64,000 bases of DNA. Origin: a bacterium. GTDB taxonomy: Bacteria; Margulisbacteria; WOR-1; O2-12-FULL-45-9; XYB2-FULL-48-7. The stretch lies in assembly GCA_043812655.1 (NCBI GenBank), contig JBDRLW010000008.1:3198-67197 (forward strand), read 5' to 3'. The first letter of the stretch is position 1. The number at the start of each line of letters is the position of its first letter. The position numbers were made by a program, and so were the translations under genes. The notes beneath the pieces are model-generated. The model saw only the letters and a program-made list of their open reading frames with translations, was not told where the DNA came from and searched no databases. Positions 19,589-33,983 of the stretch are shown one piece after another.

Positions 19589-20871
19589 TCACAGCCGCAG
19601 TTGCCGCCGCATTCGCACTCGCCGGCAAATTGGTCAAAAACTTTATCAAAAGCGATCGGTGATTGCTCCGCCGTCTTCATGTTTTTGAGAAGACCCAAGC
19701 CCGATTTAAGTTCTTCTTCACCAATGATATAAACATATTCCGCCTTCATTCGATCCGCACTTTTCATCTGTGCTTTGAGTGACTTGCCAAGATAATCAAG
19801 ATCGGCCGATAAACCTAAACTCCGCGCCTTCGTCACCAAATTAAACCCTAACTTCCTTGCTTCGTCTCCAAGGGTAGCAATATATAATTGTAATTTACCT
19901 TCATTTTCCATTTTTAATTTTTCATTTTTCATTATTTCCACGACTCGCTCAAGCCCCACCGCAAACCCGATCGCCGGAACTTTTTTCCCGCCCAGCTCTT
20001 CAACCAGGTTATCGTAGCGTCCCCCACCGCAGACAGCATTTTGCGCTCCCAAACTCTTGGAAACAATTTCAAAGGCCGTTTTGGTGTAATAATCTAAACC
20101 ACGGACCAAGCGCTTGTTTATCATGTGTTTTACTAACAAACTATCCAACAAACTAACTAACCGACTAAAATGCGTCTTACATTCTTCGCATAAATGATCG
20201 ACAGAAGCTGGAGCCTTTTCCAAATATTTCTGGCAATGCGCTTCTTTGCAGTCAAGGATCCTTAACGGATTTAACTCCACCCGCTCCTGACAATCGGCAC
20301 ACATGTCTTTAATATGTTCTTTAAAGTATTTTTGAATCGCGGCGCGATATCCCGGCTGGCAAACGGAACAGCCGACCGAATTAAGATTAACCGATAAGTC
20401 TTTCAGCCCGATCATTGAAAACAAATTAACAGCTAATTGGATCACTTCGGCATCAAGGAGCGGATCGGTCGAACCAAAAACCTCAACTCCCGCCTGGTGG
20501 AATTGCCGCTGGCGTCCGGCTTGCGGCCGTTCATAACGGAACATCGGTCCGATATAATAAAGCTTTGTTAAATTATCGGTTGAGATCAAATTGTTTTCTA
20601 AAGCCGCCCGAACAACCGGAGCTGTCTCTTCTGGACGCAGGGTTAAACTCCTCCCCTTACGGTCAGGGAAAGTGTACATCTCTTTTTTAACAATATCGGT
20701 AGTCGTGCCAATTGAGCGGGTAAATAGGTCGGTTGATTCAAATATAGGGGTGCGGATCTCCTGATAATTGTAAACGCCAAAGAGCGACCGGCAGCTCTCT
20801 TCCACAAACTGCCAAAGGGGCGTTTCGGCGGGAAGAATATCTTTTGTGCCACGGGGTGCTGTATATTTCAT
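19585..20871 (-). CDS. hisS: Histidine--tRNA ligase
   Basis: Class II aaRS motifs and MKYTAPRGTKDILP as in the HisS N-terminus. The long ORF is trimmed to the ATG at 20871 because the upstream 100 aa overlap thiF and are not HisS-like. Confidence 0.85.
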   Translation of the reverse strand: MKYTAPRGTKDILPAETPLWQFVEESCRSLFGVYNYQEIRTPIFESTDLFTRSIGTTTDIVKKEMYTFPDRKGRSLTLRPEETAPVVRAALENNLISTDNLTKLYYIGPMFRYERPQAGRQRQFHQAGVEVFGSTDPLLDAEVIQLAVNLFSMIGLKDLSVNLNSVGCSVCQPGYRAAIQKYFKEHIKDMCADCQERVELNPLRILDCKEAHCQKYLEKAPASVDHLCEECKTHFSRLVSLLDSLLVKHMINKRLVRGLDYYTKTAFEIVSKSLGAQNAVCGGGRYDNLVEELGGKKVPAIGFAVGLERVVEIMKNEKLKMENEGKLQLYIATLGDEARKLGFNLVTKARSLGLSADLDYLGKSLKAQMKSADRMKAEYVYIIGEEELKSGLGLLKNMKTAEQSPIAFDKVFDQFAGECECGGNCGCE

Positions 20872-20917
20872 AAAGAAATTATACCACGAAGGCACAAAGG
20901 CACGAATAATGAAATAG

Positions 20918-21523
20918 TCATTTAAGAATTGATTCGACCGCGATTGAAGCCATGAGCGACGCGCAGGCGGTAACTCTCGGAGCCAGCGGAGGATTATCGC
21001 TCCCCACGCCAGTAACCCCATCCCCAACAATATAAATATTATTTTTAATTTTCCTGGTTTTAATTTCCAGCTGGTTGCCAAACCCCGCCATCCCACTGCC
21101 AAAAACCAACAATGTTCCATCATTCCCAAATTGCTCAAGCAGCCAGGCTTTTGAAGCGGCTTCGTCGAAGGCTTCAAATATTATGTCCCTATCCCTAAAA
21201 TAAGAGCCGATATTTTCTTCGCTAAGACGGACCCTCTCCGCCTTTACCATGATATCGGGATTAATAGTTTTTAATCTTTCAGCCAGAGCTTTAACCTTTG
21301 GCTTTCCAACATCTTCCAGGAAATAATATTGCCTATTTAAGTTTTTCATTACAACAACATCAAAATCGATCATTTCAAAATCCCTAAATCCGCTGCGAAC
21401 AAGACAAACAGCAATATTTGATCCCAGCCCGCCCGCGCCGGCAATACCAATTTTAGTTTTTTGTATCAATGATAATTGTTTCGCGGAATAATAATTTCTT
21501 AATGATCTCTCAAAGTCATTCAT
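20918..21523 (-). CDS. thiF: ThiF/MoeB-type E1-like sulfur-carrier adenylyltransferase
   Basis: GIAGAGGLGSNIAVCL Rossmann motif. Last gene of the thi operon. Confidence 0.7.
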   Translation of the reverse strand: MNDFERSLRNYYSAKQLSLIQKTKIGIAGAGGLGSNIAVCLVRSGFRDFEMIDFDVVVMKNLNRQYYFLEDVGKPKVKALAERLKTINPDIMVKAERVRLSEENIGSYFRDRDIIFEAFDEAASKAWLLEQFGNDGTLLVFGSGMAGFGNQLEIKTRKIKNNIYIVGDGVTGVGSDNPPLAPRVTACASLMASIAVESILK

Positions 21524-22493
21524 TGGGGATGCTCCGCCAATCGGTGACGACCGGGTCATATCCTTTGGCCGCCAGCCAGTTTTTTATTTCTTTAGGTGAG
21601 CGGCGATCGTGAATGGAGAATTGCTTCGGCTCACAGCCATTGATCGCGTATCCTCCCACGCTAGTAGAAGAACCAGCCGATATTTTAGTCACGCCATATT
21701 CAAGTATCTTATTCCTGAATTCGGCATTTTCTCTAGTCGACATATTAATCCCTACTCTAGGGAAACGGAGGCGCGCCGCGATAATAATCTGCAACAGTTC
21801 AAGATCAGAAATATTAAAATAATTATCATTATCAGTGGTGATCATGCGTAGCCTGGGGAACGACAGGGAGAATTCGACACCGGGATATTTTTCCCATAAA
21901 GCCTCCAGATGGGCAAACAACGCCGAAATATCCCGCTGCCAATCGGCTAAACCAAGTAAAACACCCATTGAGATCTGTCTTATTCCAGCTTCAGCAATTC
22001 TCTCCGGGGCCTGATAACGGAATAAATAATTTTTCTTTTCTCCGAAAAGGTGAAGCCGATCATAAACATCTTGATCATAAGTTTCCTGATACAAAGCCAC
22101 CCCATCAACCCCCGCCAGATAAAGTTCACGATATTCTTTAGTTTCCAGCGGATAAACTTCAATGGCTATGCCCTGGAAATATTTCTTGGCGATTAAGGCC
22201 GCTGCCTTGATGTAGGAAACAGGAGAATGTTCTCTGGAGCCGCCGGTTAAAACTAAAACATTCTGGAGACCAGTTTTTTTAAGGGCCTGGCATTCCCTCT
22301 CAATTTCGTCGTGAGAAAGTTTTTTTCTGGTTATGGCCAATTTGGCATTAAAACCGCAATATAAACACTGATTTTCACAATAATTTGAGATGTAGAGGGG
22401 AGCGTATAAGCTAATCGTCCGGCCAAAATGCTGCCGAGTAATTTTCCGCGCCTTCAGCGCCACCGCTTCCAAATCCGCTCTTTTGTCAATCAT
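21516..22493 (-). CDS. thiH: 2-iminoacetate synthase ThiH (radical SAM)
   Basis: [15 protein letters not shown] radical SAM cluster typical of ThiH. Start placed at the MIDKRAD ATG (22493), overlapping thiG by 8 bp. Confidence 0.7.
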   Translation of the reverse strand: MIDKRADLEAVALKARKITRQHFGRTISLYAPLYISNYCENQCLYCGFNAKLAITRKKLSHDEIERECQALKKTGLQNVLVLTGGSREHSPVSYIKAAALIAKKYFQGIAIEVYPLETKEYRELYLAGVDGVALYQETYDQDVYDRLHLFGEKKNYLFRYQAPERIAEAGIRQISMGVLLGLADWQRDISALFAHLEALWEKYPGVEFSLSFPRLRMITTDNDNYFNISDLELLQIIIAARLRFPRVGINMSTRENAEFRNKILEYGVTKISAGSSTSVGGYAINGCEPKQFSIHDRRSPKEIKNWLAAKGYDPVVTDWRSIPNE

Positions 22494-23259
22494 GGAAAAA
22501 ACCAGACAAGGGCGAAGAAGCCGCCGCGTTCTCACTTGCTTCTCTCCCCCCAGCCAAAAAAGCGAGCCGTCCCGCTTCGATCGCTTGGGCAAAAGCAGCC
22601 GCCATCATGACCGGATCTTTTGCGGTCGCGACCGCAGTATTGACCAGGACGGCATCCACCCCCAGCTCCATCGCCTCGGCCGCCTGCGACGGCCGGCCCA
22701 AGCCGGCGTCCACAATCACGGGGACCTCGTTTATCTCCTCAATTAACACCTCAATCAGCGTTTTCATCTTTAATCCCTGATTTGAGCCGATCAGGGAACC
22801 AAGGGGCATCACTGCGGCCGCTCCCGCTTTTACTAGGTTGCGGGCGGTATAGAGATCGGGGTTCATGTAAGGCAAAACGGTAAACCCTTCGCTGGCCAGG
22901 ATTTCAACCGCTTTTAACGTCTCGGCGTTGTCCGGCAAAAGATATTTGCTGTCATTTACTACTTCAATTTTCACCCAGTCGCCATAACCCGCCTCTCGCC
23001 CTAGCCTGGCAATCCTGACCGCTTCTTTCGCGTTCCTTGCCCCGGAAGTATTGAGCATTAATATTATATTTTTAGGAATATACGACAGGATATTATCCTC
23101 ATTCTGCTCAAGGTCGACCCGCCGGAGGGCAACTGTTACTAACTGGGTACCGGACGCAATGATCGTTTCCTGTAACTCCATTTTGCTTTTAAATTTTCCG
23201 GTGCCGAGCAAAAACCGGCTCTCCAGCTCTTTCCCGGCAATAACCAAATTGTCCGCCAT
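22486..23259 (-). CDS. thiG: Thiazole synthase ThiG
   Basis: About 257 aa, TIM-barrel ThiG-like (GTGKFKS, LNTSG). Confidence 0.85.
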   Translation of the reverse strand: MADNLVIAGKELESRFLLGTGKFKSKMELQETIIASGTQLVTVALRRVDLEQNEDNILSYIPKNIILMLNTSGARNAKEAVRIARLGREAGYGDWVKIEVVNDSKYLLPDNAETLKAVEILASEGFTVLPYMNPDLYTARNLVKAGAAAVMPLGSLIGSNQGLKMKTLIEVLIEEINEVPVIVDAGLGRPSQAAEAMELGVDAVLVNTAVATAKDPVMMAAAFAQAIEAGRLAFLAGGREASENAAASSPLSGFFHD

Positions 23260-23459
23260 TATCCTCCTCCAACAAAAGAGATCAATTCAATAACATCATT
23301 TTCTTTAATGGTCGTATCAGGCCACCGCTCTCGCCTGGCGATCGTTTCATTTAATTCAACCACCACACCGGCCGACTCGGGCCGATATTTTTTTACCAAG
23401 CCGGAAATTGATAAACCCTCTTCTATCTCTTCAACTTTTCCGTTGATAATTACTTTCAT
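23259..23459 (-). CDS. thiS: Sulfur carrier protein ThiS
   Basis: 66 aa ending in GG (ELISFVGGG). Start trimmed to MKVIINGK. Confidence 0.7.
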   Translation of the reverse strand: MKVIINGKVEEIEEGLSISGLVKKYRPESAGVVVELNETIARRERWPDTTIKENDVIELISFVGGG

Positions 23460-24066
23460 CTCTGTTCCTTTTAATGATTTCCAGCAAGCGGGGGGCGTCA
23501 TCCGCTGCCCGAACAATGCCGATGGTTCGAGCTCCAGCGTTCAACACTTGATCGATGTTATCAAGACAAATACCGCCGATCGCCACGAAGGGGATTTTTA
23601 TCTCTTTGGCCGCCTGGCGAACATATTCTAATCCGACCGGAGGCCTCCCTGGTTTTGTCGGCGTAGCAAAAACGGGGCCGACTGAAATATAATCTGCCCC
23701 TTCTTTCTCCGCCGTTATCCCCTGTTCGATTGAATGGGTCGATTTGCCGATCATTAAATCTGTCCCGACGATCCTTCTGGCTTCAAGGGTCGAAAAATCC
23801 TGGCCAATGTGGACACCGTCCGCCCCCGCCTCAACCGCCAGTTCCGGATGGTCATTAATGATAAATAAGACTTTAAAGTTTTTGGCCTGATCGGCCAGTT
23901 CTTCCGCTTTCCGCCGGATCCCGTTTAAACCTGACAATTTATCACGCAGTTGAATTATCGTTACTCCGTCAGCAATGGCTTTTTTTAAGACGGCTACAGA
24001 ATCGGAAATTATATATAATTTGTTAGCGAAAAGAGTCTCAAAAAGATAGTGTTTAGAGGCGGCCAT
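23431..24066 (-). CDS. thiE: Thiamine-phosphate synthase ThiE
   Basis: 211 aa ThiE-like (IIQLRDK, GADGVHIGQ). First gene after the TPP riboswitch. Confidence 0.85.
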   Translation of the reverse strand: MAASKHYLFETLFANKLYIISDSVAVLKKAIADGVTIIQLRDKLSGLNGIRRKAEELADQAKNFKVLFIINDHPELAVEAGADGVHIGQDFSTLEARRIVGTDLMIGKSTHSIEQGITAEKEGADYISVGPVFATPTKPGRPPVGLEYVRQAAKEIKIPFVAIGGICLDNIDQVLNAGARTIGIVRAADDAPRLLEIIKRNRDESNYQRKS

Positions 24067-24160
24067 TTTTCCCTCCGCAAGAATTACCTTGATCAGGTTA
24101 TTTTGGGTCCCCCGGCTCCCCCGAGGTTCTCAGCCTAAGCTTCCTTTAAGCTCCCCAATG
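24067..24160 (-). promoter_or_regulatory. TPP (THI-box) riboswitch controlling the thiESGHF operon
   Basis: Minus-strand RNA reads ggggagc...gCUGAGAa-[P3 hairpin CCUCGG/CCGGGG]-ACCCaaaauaACCUGAUCaagGUAAUucuuGCGgAGGGAaaaAUG. CUGAGA, ACCUGAUC and GCG..AGGGA are THI-box hallmarks, and the SD GGAGGG is embedded in the aptamer 3' end. Confidence 0.75.
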
Positions 24161-24179
24161 TTTAAATTATAGCACAAAG

Positions 24180-24223
24180 CCACCCCCTCTCCCCCTGGGA
24201 GAGGGGGCCTGGGGGTGAGGGCT
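24180..24223. repeat. R1 element copy upstream of the TPP riboswitch
   Basis: ccctctccccctgggagaggggg hairpin plus a gggggtgagggc box. Confidence 0.75.
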
Positions 24224-24255
24224 GTGATTGCCTCCTTATGTTATAATAAATTGTA

Positions 24256-25629
24256 ATGAAAAAACTTATAATCATATTCTCACTCATTTTTCTTAGCCTG
24301 CCGGCTTTTGCCACGTTTGAATCGGAGGTAATGCAACAATTATGGGACGTCCCAACCAAGGAAGTGAGATCAGAGATCATCAAATCCTACAAAAGAGGTC
24401 CGATCCAAGTAAATGAGATCTACTATTTTAGCCGCTCTTACAAACGCCAGCCGGTTAAGATATTTGGTTACTATTCTTATCCTGTTAATCATAAAGGTAA
24501 ACTCCCAGCCATTCTCCTCTCCCATGGTGGCGGCGGTTCAGCTAGCCTCCCCCGCTGCTTAGCTTGGTCAAAATTAGGTTATGCTGTTTTAGCGATCGAC
24601 TTGCCAGGTAAGGGTGAAAATCGAGGACGGTCACGCTCCACCGGACCAGACATGATAGTAAAGAACCTGCTCAAGACCCAGCCTGATCCTAGCTACAATT
24701 ATCTAATTCACGCGGTGGCTGCGGCCAGAAATGGGATAACTTTTTTAGCGACCAGAAAAGAAGTTGATCCGGACCGGATCGGGATGATCGGCCTTTCCTG
24801 GGGAGGGGTCCTCACCCTATTAACCAATGGCCAAGATAATCGATTAAAAGCCGCGGTCAATGTTTTTGGCGCCGGCCACATTCCCGAAGGCTGCACCTGG
24901 GATGATTGGTTTAAGTCAATGCCAGCGGTTGACAAGAATATTTGGCAGAACAATCTTGACCCGAAGAATTTCCTGGCCACCCAACATGCTCCGATCTATT
25001 TTGTCTCTGGGACCAATGATCATTGTTATTACTTAACTACTTTCCAAAAGAGCTACCAAGAAGTAACTGCCGATAAGAATTATTATTTGGTCCCCAATCT
25101 GCGCCATAAATTCCTGGATTCCCTTAGCGTCCCCGCGCTGGCTTGGTTAAAGTCAAAATTAAAGACCGGAGGAAGTTTCCCCGGGATCACCGTCATGCCG
25201 ATCACCCAAGAAGCGGATAATATCGTGGTTAATGCTAGATCTAACGGCAATAAAGTCACTCTTTACTATTCGGTTGGCGGTCCGTCCGGTTTAACAACTA
25301 ACCGTTGGAAATCGCTTCAGCCAAAAAGGACCGGACTTTATTATTCTTTTACCATCCCGACAAAATTAATTAAGCCGGAGGTCATGTATTACGTCAGCGC
25401 AAATAATAAGGACGGGGCGGCTACCTCTTCACAAGTCCAAACTATTTTCAGTGTTAAATTAAAAGACGGGACCAAAACCTACGCTCAATCATCGCCGATC
25501 AAGAAGCTGTACCAGCACGAACCACCATTCACCTTTGTTAATGGCTATGTTAGCAGCACCATCCGCTTCCTGTTCGCAAAACAGGAACAGGTCTACAAAG
25601 CCTACAATTACGATTCTATTGCGAACTAA
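24256..25629 (+). CDS. Secreted alpha/beta hydrolase (acetyl-xylan-esterase / dienelactone-hydrolase-like) with a C-terminal beta-sandwich domain
   Basis: Signal peptide MKKLIIIFSLIFLSLPAFA, HGGGGSAS oxyanion region, nucleophile elbow GLSWGG. Confidence 0.55.
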   Translation: MKKLIIIFSLIFLSLPAFATFESEVMQQLWDVPTKEVRSEIIKSYKRGPIQVNEIYYFSRSYKRQPVKIFGYYSYPVNHKGKLPAILLSHGGGGSASLPRCLAWSKLGYAVLAIDLPGKGENRGRSRSTGPDMIVKNLLKTQPDPSYNYLIHAVAAARNGITFLATRKEVDPDRIGMIGLSWGGVLTLLTNGQDNRLKAAVNVFGAGHIPEGCTWDDWFKSMPAVDKNIWQNNLDPKNFLATQHAPIYFVSGTNDHCYYLTTFQKSYQEVTADKNYYLVPNLRHKFLDSLSVPALAWLKSKLKTGGSFPGITVMPITQEADNIVVNARSNGNKVTLYYSVGGPSGLTTNRWKSLQPKRTGLYYSFTIPTKLIKPEVMYYVSANNKDGAATSSQVQTIFSVKLKDGTKTYAQSSPIKKLYQHEPPFTFVNGYVSSTIRFLFAKQEQVYKAYNYDSIAN

Positions 25630-26521
25630 ATGGCTCTTTTTTTTTAAAATCCGGCAGATAAGCGTCACTGCTTGACAAGTGCTGGATATATATATTTTGA
25701 AACCCTTTGTCCTGGGCGTGATCGACAACTTTCTCATATTCAGCCGCCGTTAATTTTCGAGCTAACTCGGGAAATTCCTTCGCCCGGTGCTGCGGACTAT
25801 ACTGCGACATCAAGCTCAACCAAATCTCAGTTGAAATACCGGCCAAAAAATCCAAGACCTTAAAGCTATCAGCAATATTATTCGGTAAAACAAGGTGTCT
25901 CACTATCAACGCTCTTCTCCCAACTCCACACTCCCGACTCCTAACTACCTGCCCCCACATCTCCCTCACCCCAACCGTTACCGTCTCAACATAATTCTCT
26001 GCCCCAGAATATTTAAACGCGTTATCATTATCAAAATATTTAATATCCGGGAGGTAAATATCAACCAGGCCGTCAAGCCTTTGCAAAAGCTCCAGCGAAT
26101 CATAACCCCCGGTATTGTAGACGATCGGCAACTCCAACCCTTCTTTTTTGGCTAGCATCAAGGCGTCTATGACCTGTGCGCCATAATGCGTTGGTGAAAC
26201 CAGGTTTATATTTTCCGCTCCCCTGTCAGCCAGATCAAGCATTATTTTAACCAGCTCATTAATCGTCACCTCGCGGCCAAGTCCTTGCTGGCTAACTTGA
26301 TAATTCTGGCAATAAACGCATTTAAGCGAACAACCGGAAAAAAAGACCGTCCCCGACCCTCTTTGGCCAGAAATTTGCGGTTCTTCACCATGATGAAGAC
26401 AATAAGAGGCAACTTTAATCTTATCACCTGCCCCGCACTTTCCCCCAAACTGACTAACAAACTTACCAACTCCCCTCTCTACCCCGCACCGATGGCCGCA
26501 TAAATTGCATTTAGTCACCAT
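25616..26521 (-). CDS. Radical SAM protein, PflX family (pyruvate-formate-lyase-activase homologue)
   Basis: CNLCGHRCGV N-terminal cluster plus CSLKCVYCQN radical SAM motif. Carries an in-frame R3 repeat insert (25913-25945). Confidence 0.6.
   Translation of the reverse strand: MVTKCNLCGHRCGVERGVGKFVSQFGGKCGAGDKIKVASYCLHHGEEPQISGQRGSGTVFFSGCSLKCVYCQNYQVSQQGLGREVTINELVKIMLDLADRGAENINLVSPTHYGAQVIDALMLAKKEGLELPIVYNTGGYDSLELLQRLDGLVDIYLPDIKYFDNDNAFKYSGAENYVETVTVGVREMWGQVVRSRECGVGRRALIVRHLVLPNNIADSFKVLDFLAGISTEIWLSLMSQYSPQHRAKEFPELARKLTAAEYEKVVDHAQDKGFQNIYIQHLSSSDAYLPDFKKKEPFSSQ
25913..25945. repeat. R3 repeat in frame (opposite orientation) in the PflX-like radical SAM gene
   Basis: tcttctcccaactccacactcccgactcctaac, translated on the minus strand as VRSRECGVGRRA. 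Confidence 0.7.
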
Positions 26522-26545
26522 ATATTATTATAGTATAATGGATCC

Positions 26546-27106
26546 ATGGCCAAACCAACTATTATTCTCGCTTCCGCCTCACCCAGAAGAAAAGAATTAT
26601 TAAAACGCTTAGTTGATAATTTCACGGTCATCCCCAGCAGTGTCGATGAAAAACTGATCACTGCCCCTACGCCGGAAGAGCTGGCAGAAAAGACGGCTCT
26701 TGCTAAAGCCAACGATGTCGCCAAAAATGAAAAAGATGCCATTGTGATAGGAGCCGACACAATTGTAATTCTTGGCGATATTATCCTGGGCAAGCCGAAA
26801 GATAATGACGAAGCCTATTTGATGCTTAAAAGTTTATCCGGCACTACCCATAAGGTTGTAACTGGTCTGGCAGTTATTGATACTAAAACCGGCAAAACAC
26901 AAAGCACTTATGTTGTCTCCCAAGTCAAGATGAAAAATGTTTCTGATCAAGCGATCAAAGATTATATTAGCACCGGCAGTCCCTTAGATAAAGCCGGTGG
27001 TTACGGCGTCCAAGAGATCGAAGACGCGTTTATGGCCAAGATCGATGGCGATCTTGATAATGTCGTTGGTTTACCAGTCAAAACTTTAAAGGAGATGCTG
27101 AAATGA
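26546..27106 (+). CDS. maf: Maf-like nucleoside triphosphate pyrophosphatase
   Basis: ILASASPRRKELL N-terminus and Maf-family length (186 aa). Confidence 0.8.
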   Translation: MAKPTIILASASPRRKELLKRLVDNFTVIPSSVDEKLITAPTPEELAEKTALAKANDVAKNEKDAIVIGADTIVILGDIILGKPKDNDEAYLMLKSLSGTTHKVVTGLAVIDTKTGKTQSTYVVSQVKMKNVSDQAIKDYISTGSPLDKAGGYGVQEIEDAFMAKIDGDLDNVVGLPVKTLKEMLK

Positions 27107-27663
27107 AAACCATTTGGAAACCGGGTACGATGATCTATCCTGTCCCTGCCGTTTTGGTCACTTGCGGTGATAGTCCCGAAAATTACAACATCATCACCAT
27201 TGCCTGGACCGGGACGATCTGTTCCGAACCGGCCATGAGTTATATTTCGATCCGCCCTTCCCGCCATTCTTATGAGATCATAAAACGAACTAAAGAATTT
27301 GTTATTAACCTAACAACGGAAAGATTAGCCAAGGCAACCGACTTTTGCGGCGTTAAATCTGGTCGGGATATAGATAAATTTAAACATTTAAAATTAACGC
27401 CGGAGCCAGCGACAAAAGTCAAAGCCCCGTTGATCGCCGAAAGTCCGCTTAACATTGAATGTCAGGTGACAGATCTTATCCCACTCGGCTCGCACGATAT
27501 GTTTATAGCCAAAGTCCTTTGTATTCATGCCGACAAAGATTATCTGGATAAACATGGCGCCTTCATGTTCAGCAAGACCAAACCGATCGCTTACGTCCAC
27601 GGCAAATATTATTCACTCGGAAAAGAGTTGGGCCATTTCGGGTATTCGGCCAGGAAAAAGTAA
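27103..27663 (+). CDS. Flavin reductase-like FMN-binding protein
   Basis: Flavin_Reduct-like domain (YPVPAVLVTCGD...AWTG). ATGA overlap with maf. Confidence 0.6.
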   Translation: MKTIWKPGTMIYPVPAVLVTCGDSPENYNIITIAWTGTICSEPAMSYISIRPSRHSYEIIKRTKEFVINLTTERLAKATDFCGVKSGRDIDKFKHLKLTPEPATKVKAPLIAESPLNIECQVTDLIPLGSHDMFIAKVLCIHADKDYLDKHGAFMFSKTKPIAYVHGKYYSLGKELGHFGYSARKK

Positions 27664-27762
27664 CCTCTCCCCGTCACTCACTTCGTTCGTGCCACCCCTC
27701 TCCATGAAATGGAGAGGGGAATGAATTCTCCGATGAAATCGGAGAAGAAAGGGGTGAGGGTG
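27664..27762. mobile_element. R1 MITE-like element (97 bp) with terminal inverted repeats
   Basis: ctccccgtcactcacttcgttcgtgccaCCCCTCTCCatgaaatGGAGAGGGGaatgaattctccgatgaaatcggagaagaaaGGGGTGAGGG. About 90% identical to the intragenic copy at 47989-48081. Confidence 0.75.
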
Positions 27763-27801
27763 TGCTATAATAAATAAAATTTATTGAAAGGAGATCTAAT
27801 C

Positions 27802-27960
27802 ATGGCAATCATCGAAGAATCAGAATATAAAGGCAAACCGGTTTTAGTTATCAAGCGGGACGAGAATGACAAATACCCGTTTTCGTTCGGGATCAGCAAA
27901 GCAAAATTGATGATCGAAAATCTGGAAGCGATCAAAAAGTTCGTCGAAAAGAACGGCTAA
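27802..27960 (+). CDS. Unannotated small protein (52 aa) flanked on both sides by R1 repeat elements
   Basis: ATG at 27802 preceded by AAGGAGA with 7-nt spacing; encodes MAIIEESEYKGKPVLVIKRDENDKYPFSFGISKAKLMIENLEAIKKFVEKNG. Falls below the 60-aa cutoff of the ORF track. Confidence 0.3.
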   Translation: MAIIEESEYKGKPVLVIKRDENDKYPFSFGISKAKLMIENLEAIKKFVEKNG

Positions 27961-27967
27961 GATTTAG

Positions 27968-28124
27968 ACCCTCACCCGCTAATGCTTAAGACTCCCCCCT
28001 CTCCCATAGGGAGAGGGTAACTCGCTTGTTTTATGTTTTATTTTTATACCCCCTCTACCTCCCTGCCTGCCGGCAGGCAGGTGGGAGAGGGGGTGCTATT
28101 GTTTGGCGTTGACGGGGGTGAGGG
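27968..28124. mobile_element. R1 composite element containing a nested R6 palindrome
   Basis: Runs accctcaccc...cccctctcccatagggagaggg...cctgcctgccggcaggcagg...gggggtgagggc, with TIR-like ends. Confidence 0.75.
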
Positions 28125-28135
28125 CTGTGAGGTTT

Positions 28136-29537
28136 TTACATCACCGGCAGGTTCGAGCTTCCCATTAAATATTCGTCTACCGCTCTGGCGGCTTTACGGC
28201 CTTCGGATATTGCCCAGACTATAAGTGATTGGCCTCGTCTCATATCACCAGCGGCAAATATTCCCTTAATGGAAGTCATATAATTTTGATTAGTTTTGAA
28301 GTTTCCCCGCTGATCAAGCTCGATCTTTAGATCAGCGATCGGTTCGGGATGTAAGAAACCTAAGGCCAGAAAAACCAGGTCGGCTTCTATCGTAAATTCA
28401 GAGTGAGGTATTTCTTTCAAATTCAGATCAACTTTTACACATTGCAATTTCTGGACCCTGGATCCTGGACCCTGGAATTCTTTTGTCGCAATCGACCACT
28501 GCCGTTCACAGCCTTCTTCATGACTGCTGGAAGTCTTAAGGATTAGCGGATACTTTGGCCATGGCTGGTCAACCGGCCGAGTTTCGCTTGGCTGCGGCAA
28601 GAGTTCTATTTGTACCACACAACTGGCCCCTTGGCGCTGAGCGGTTCCTACACAGTCTGAACCTGTATCACCCCCACCGATCACCACCACTTTTTTTCCT
28701 TTAGCATCAATTAATGAGTTCGTTGGTATTTTTTCTCCGGCAATTGTTTTATTGGCTTGGGTCAGATATTCCATCGCAAAGTAAACACCTTTGAGTTCCC
28801 GGCCGGGAGCTTTTAAGTCGCGGGGAATTCTGGATCCTCCGGCAAAGACAATTGCCTCAAATTCTTTTTGGAGCTTAGAAACAGGATAATCATCACCTAT
28901 CTTAATTTTAGTTTTAAAAGTGATCCCCTCTTCTTCCCAGATCTTGGTCCGACGATCGATGACTTTCTTTTCCAGCTTAAAATCAGGGATGCCGTAGCGC
29001 ATGATCCCGCCCAGTTTTTCGTCTTTTTCAAATACTGTAACACTATGGCCCGCTTGATTTAATTGCGCGGCGCAAGACAGTCCAGCTGGGCCAGAGCCAA
29101 CAACCGCTACTTTTTTACCGGTCGTAACTTTAGGCTGTCTGGCCTTGATCTGGCCGTGATCGAACATTTCTTCAACTATCCCCAATTCATTTTCCCTGAT
29201 CGTCACCGGGTCATCGTTGATCCCCAAGACACAAGAAAATTCGCACGGCGCCGGGCAAACTCGGCCGGTGATCTCTGGCAGATTATTGGTCGCGTCAAGG
29301 AGTTCCCAAGCTCTTTCCCACGATTTTACCGACGTCAGGTCATTCCACTCCGGGATATAATTACCAAGAGGACAGCCGCCATGGCAGAATGGGGTCCCGC
29401 AATCCATACAGCGGGTGGCCTGTTCCGCCGTCTCGTCTTCCGACCTAAGTTTAAAAACCCGGTCGAAATCTTTTACCCGCTCGCAAACCGGGCGGTAAGC
29501 GGTTTTGGTCCTTTTTATTTTTATGAACCCCTTTGGA

Positions 29538-29545
<8 letters not shown>
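28136..29545 (-). CDS. gltD: Glutamate synthase (NADPH) small subunit
   Basis: N-terminal Fe-S Cys motifs and GSGPAG FAD/NAD fold. Immediately downstream of gltB. Carries an in-frame R2 repeat insert. Confidence 0.85.
28450..28474. repeat. R2 repeat in frame in gltD
   Basis: ctggaccctggatcctggaccctgg encodes FQGPGSRVQ. Confidence 0.7.
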
Positions 29546-33947
<4,402 letters not shown>

Positions 33948-33983
33948 AGGTGTTGACCCGAAAAACCCTGCCCCATTACTAAA

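Noticed and set aside
20872-21177. The 530-aa ORF-track version of hisS carries a 102-aa N-terminal extension.
   Set aside because: The extension overlaps the 3' end of thiF on the same strand, has no HisS similarity, and an ATG (20871) lies exactly where HisS homologs begin (MKYTAPRGTKDILP). The extension is an ORF-finder artefact.
22493-22592. Longer thiH start at 22592.
   Set aside because: It would overlap thiG by about 100 bp, and the extra N-terminal residues ([13 protein letters not shown]...) are unlike ThiH. The internal ATG at 22493 gives a conventional short overlap. Uncertainty remains.
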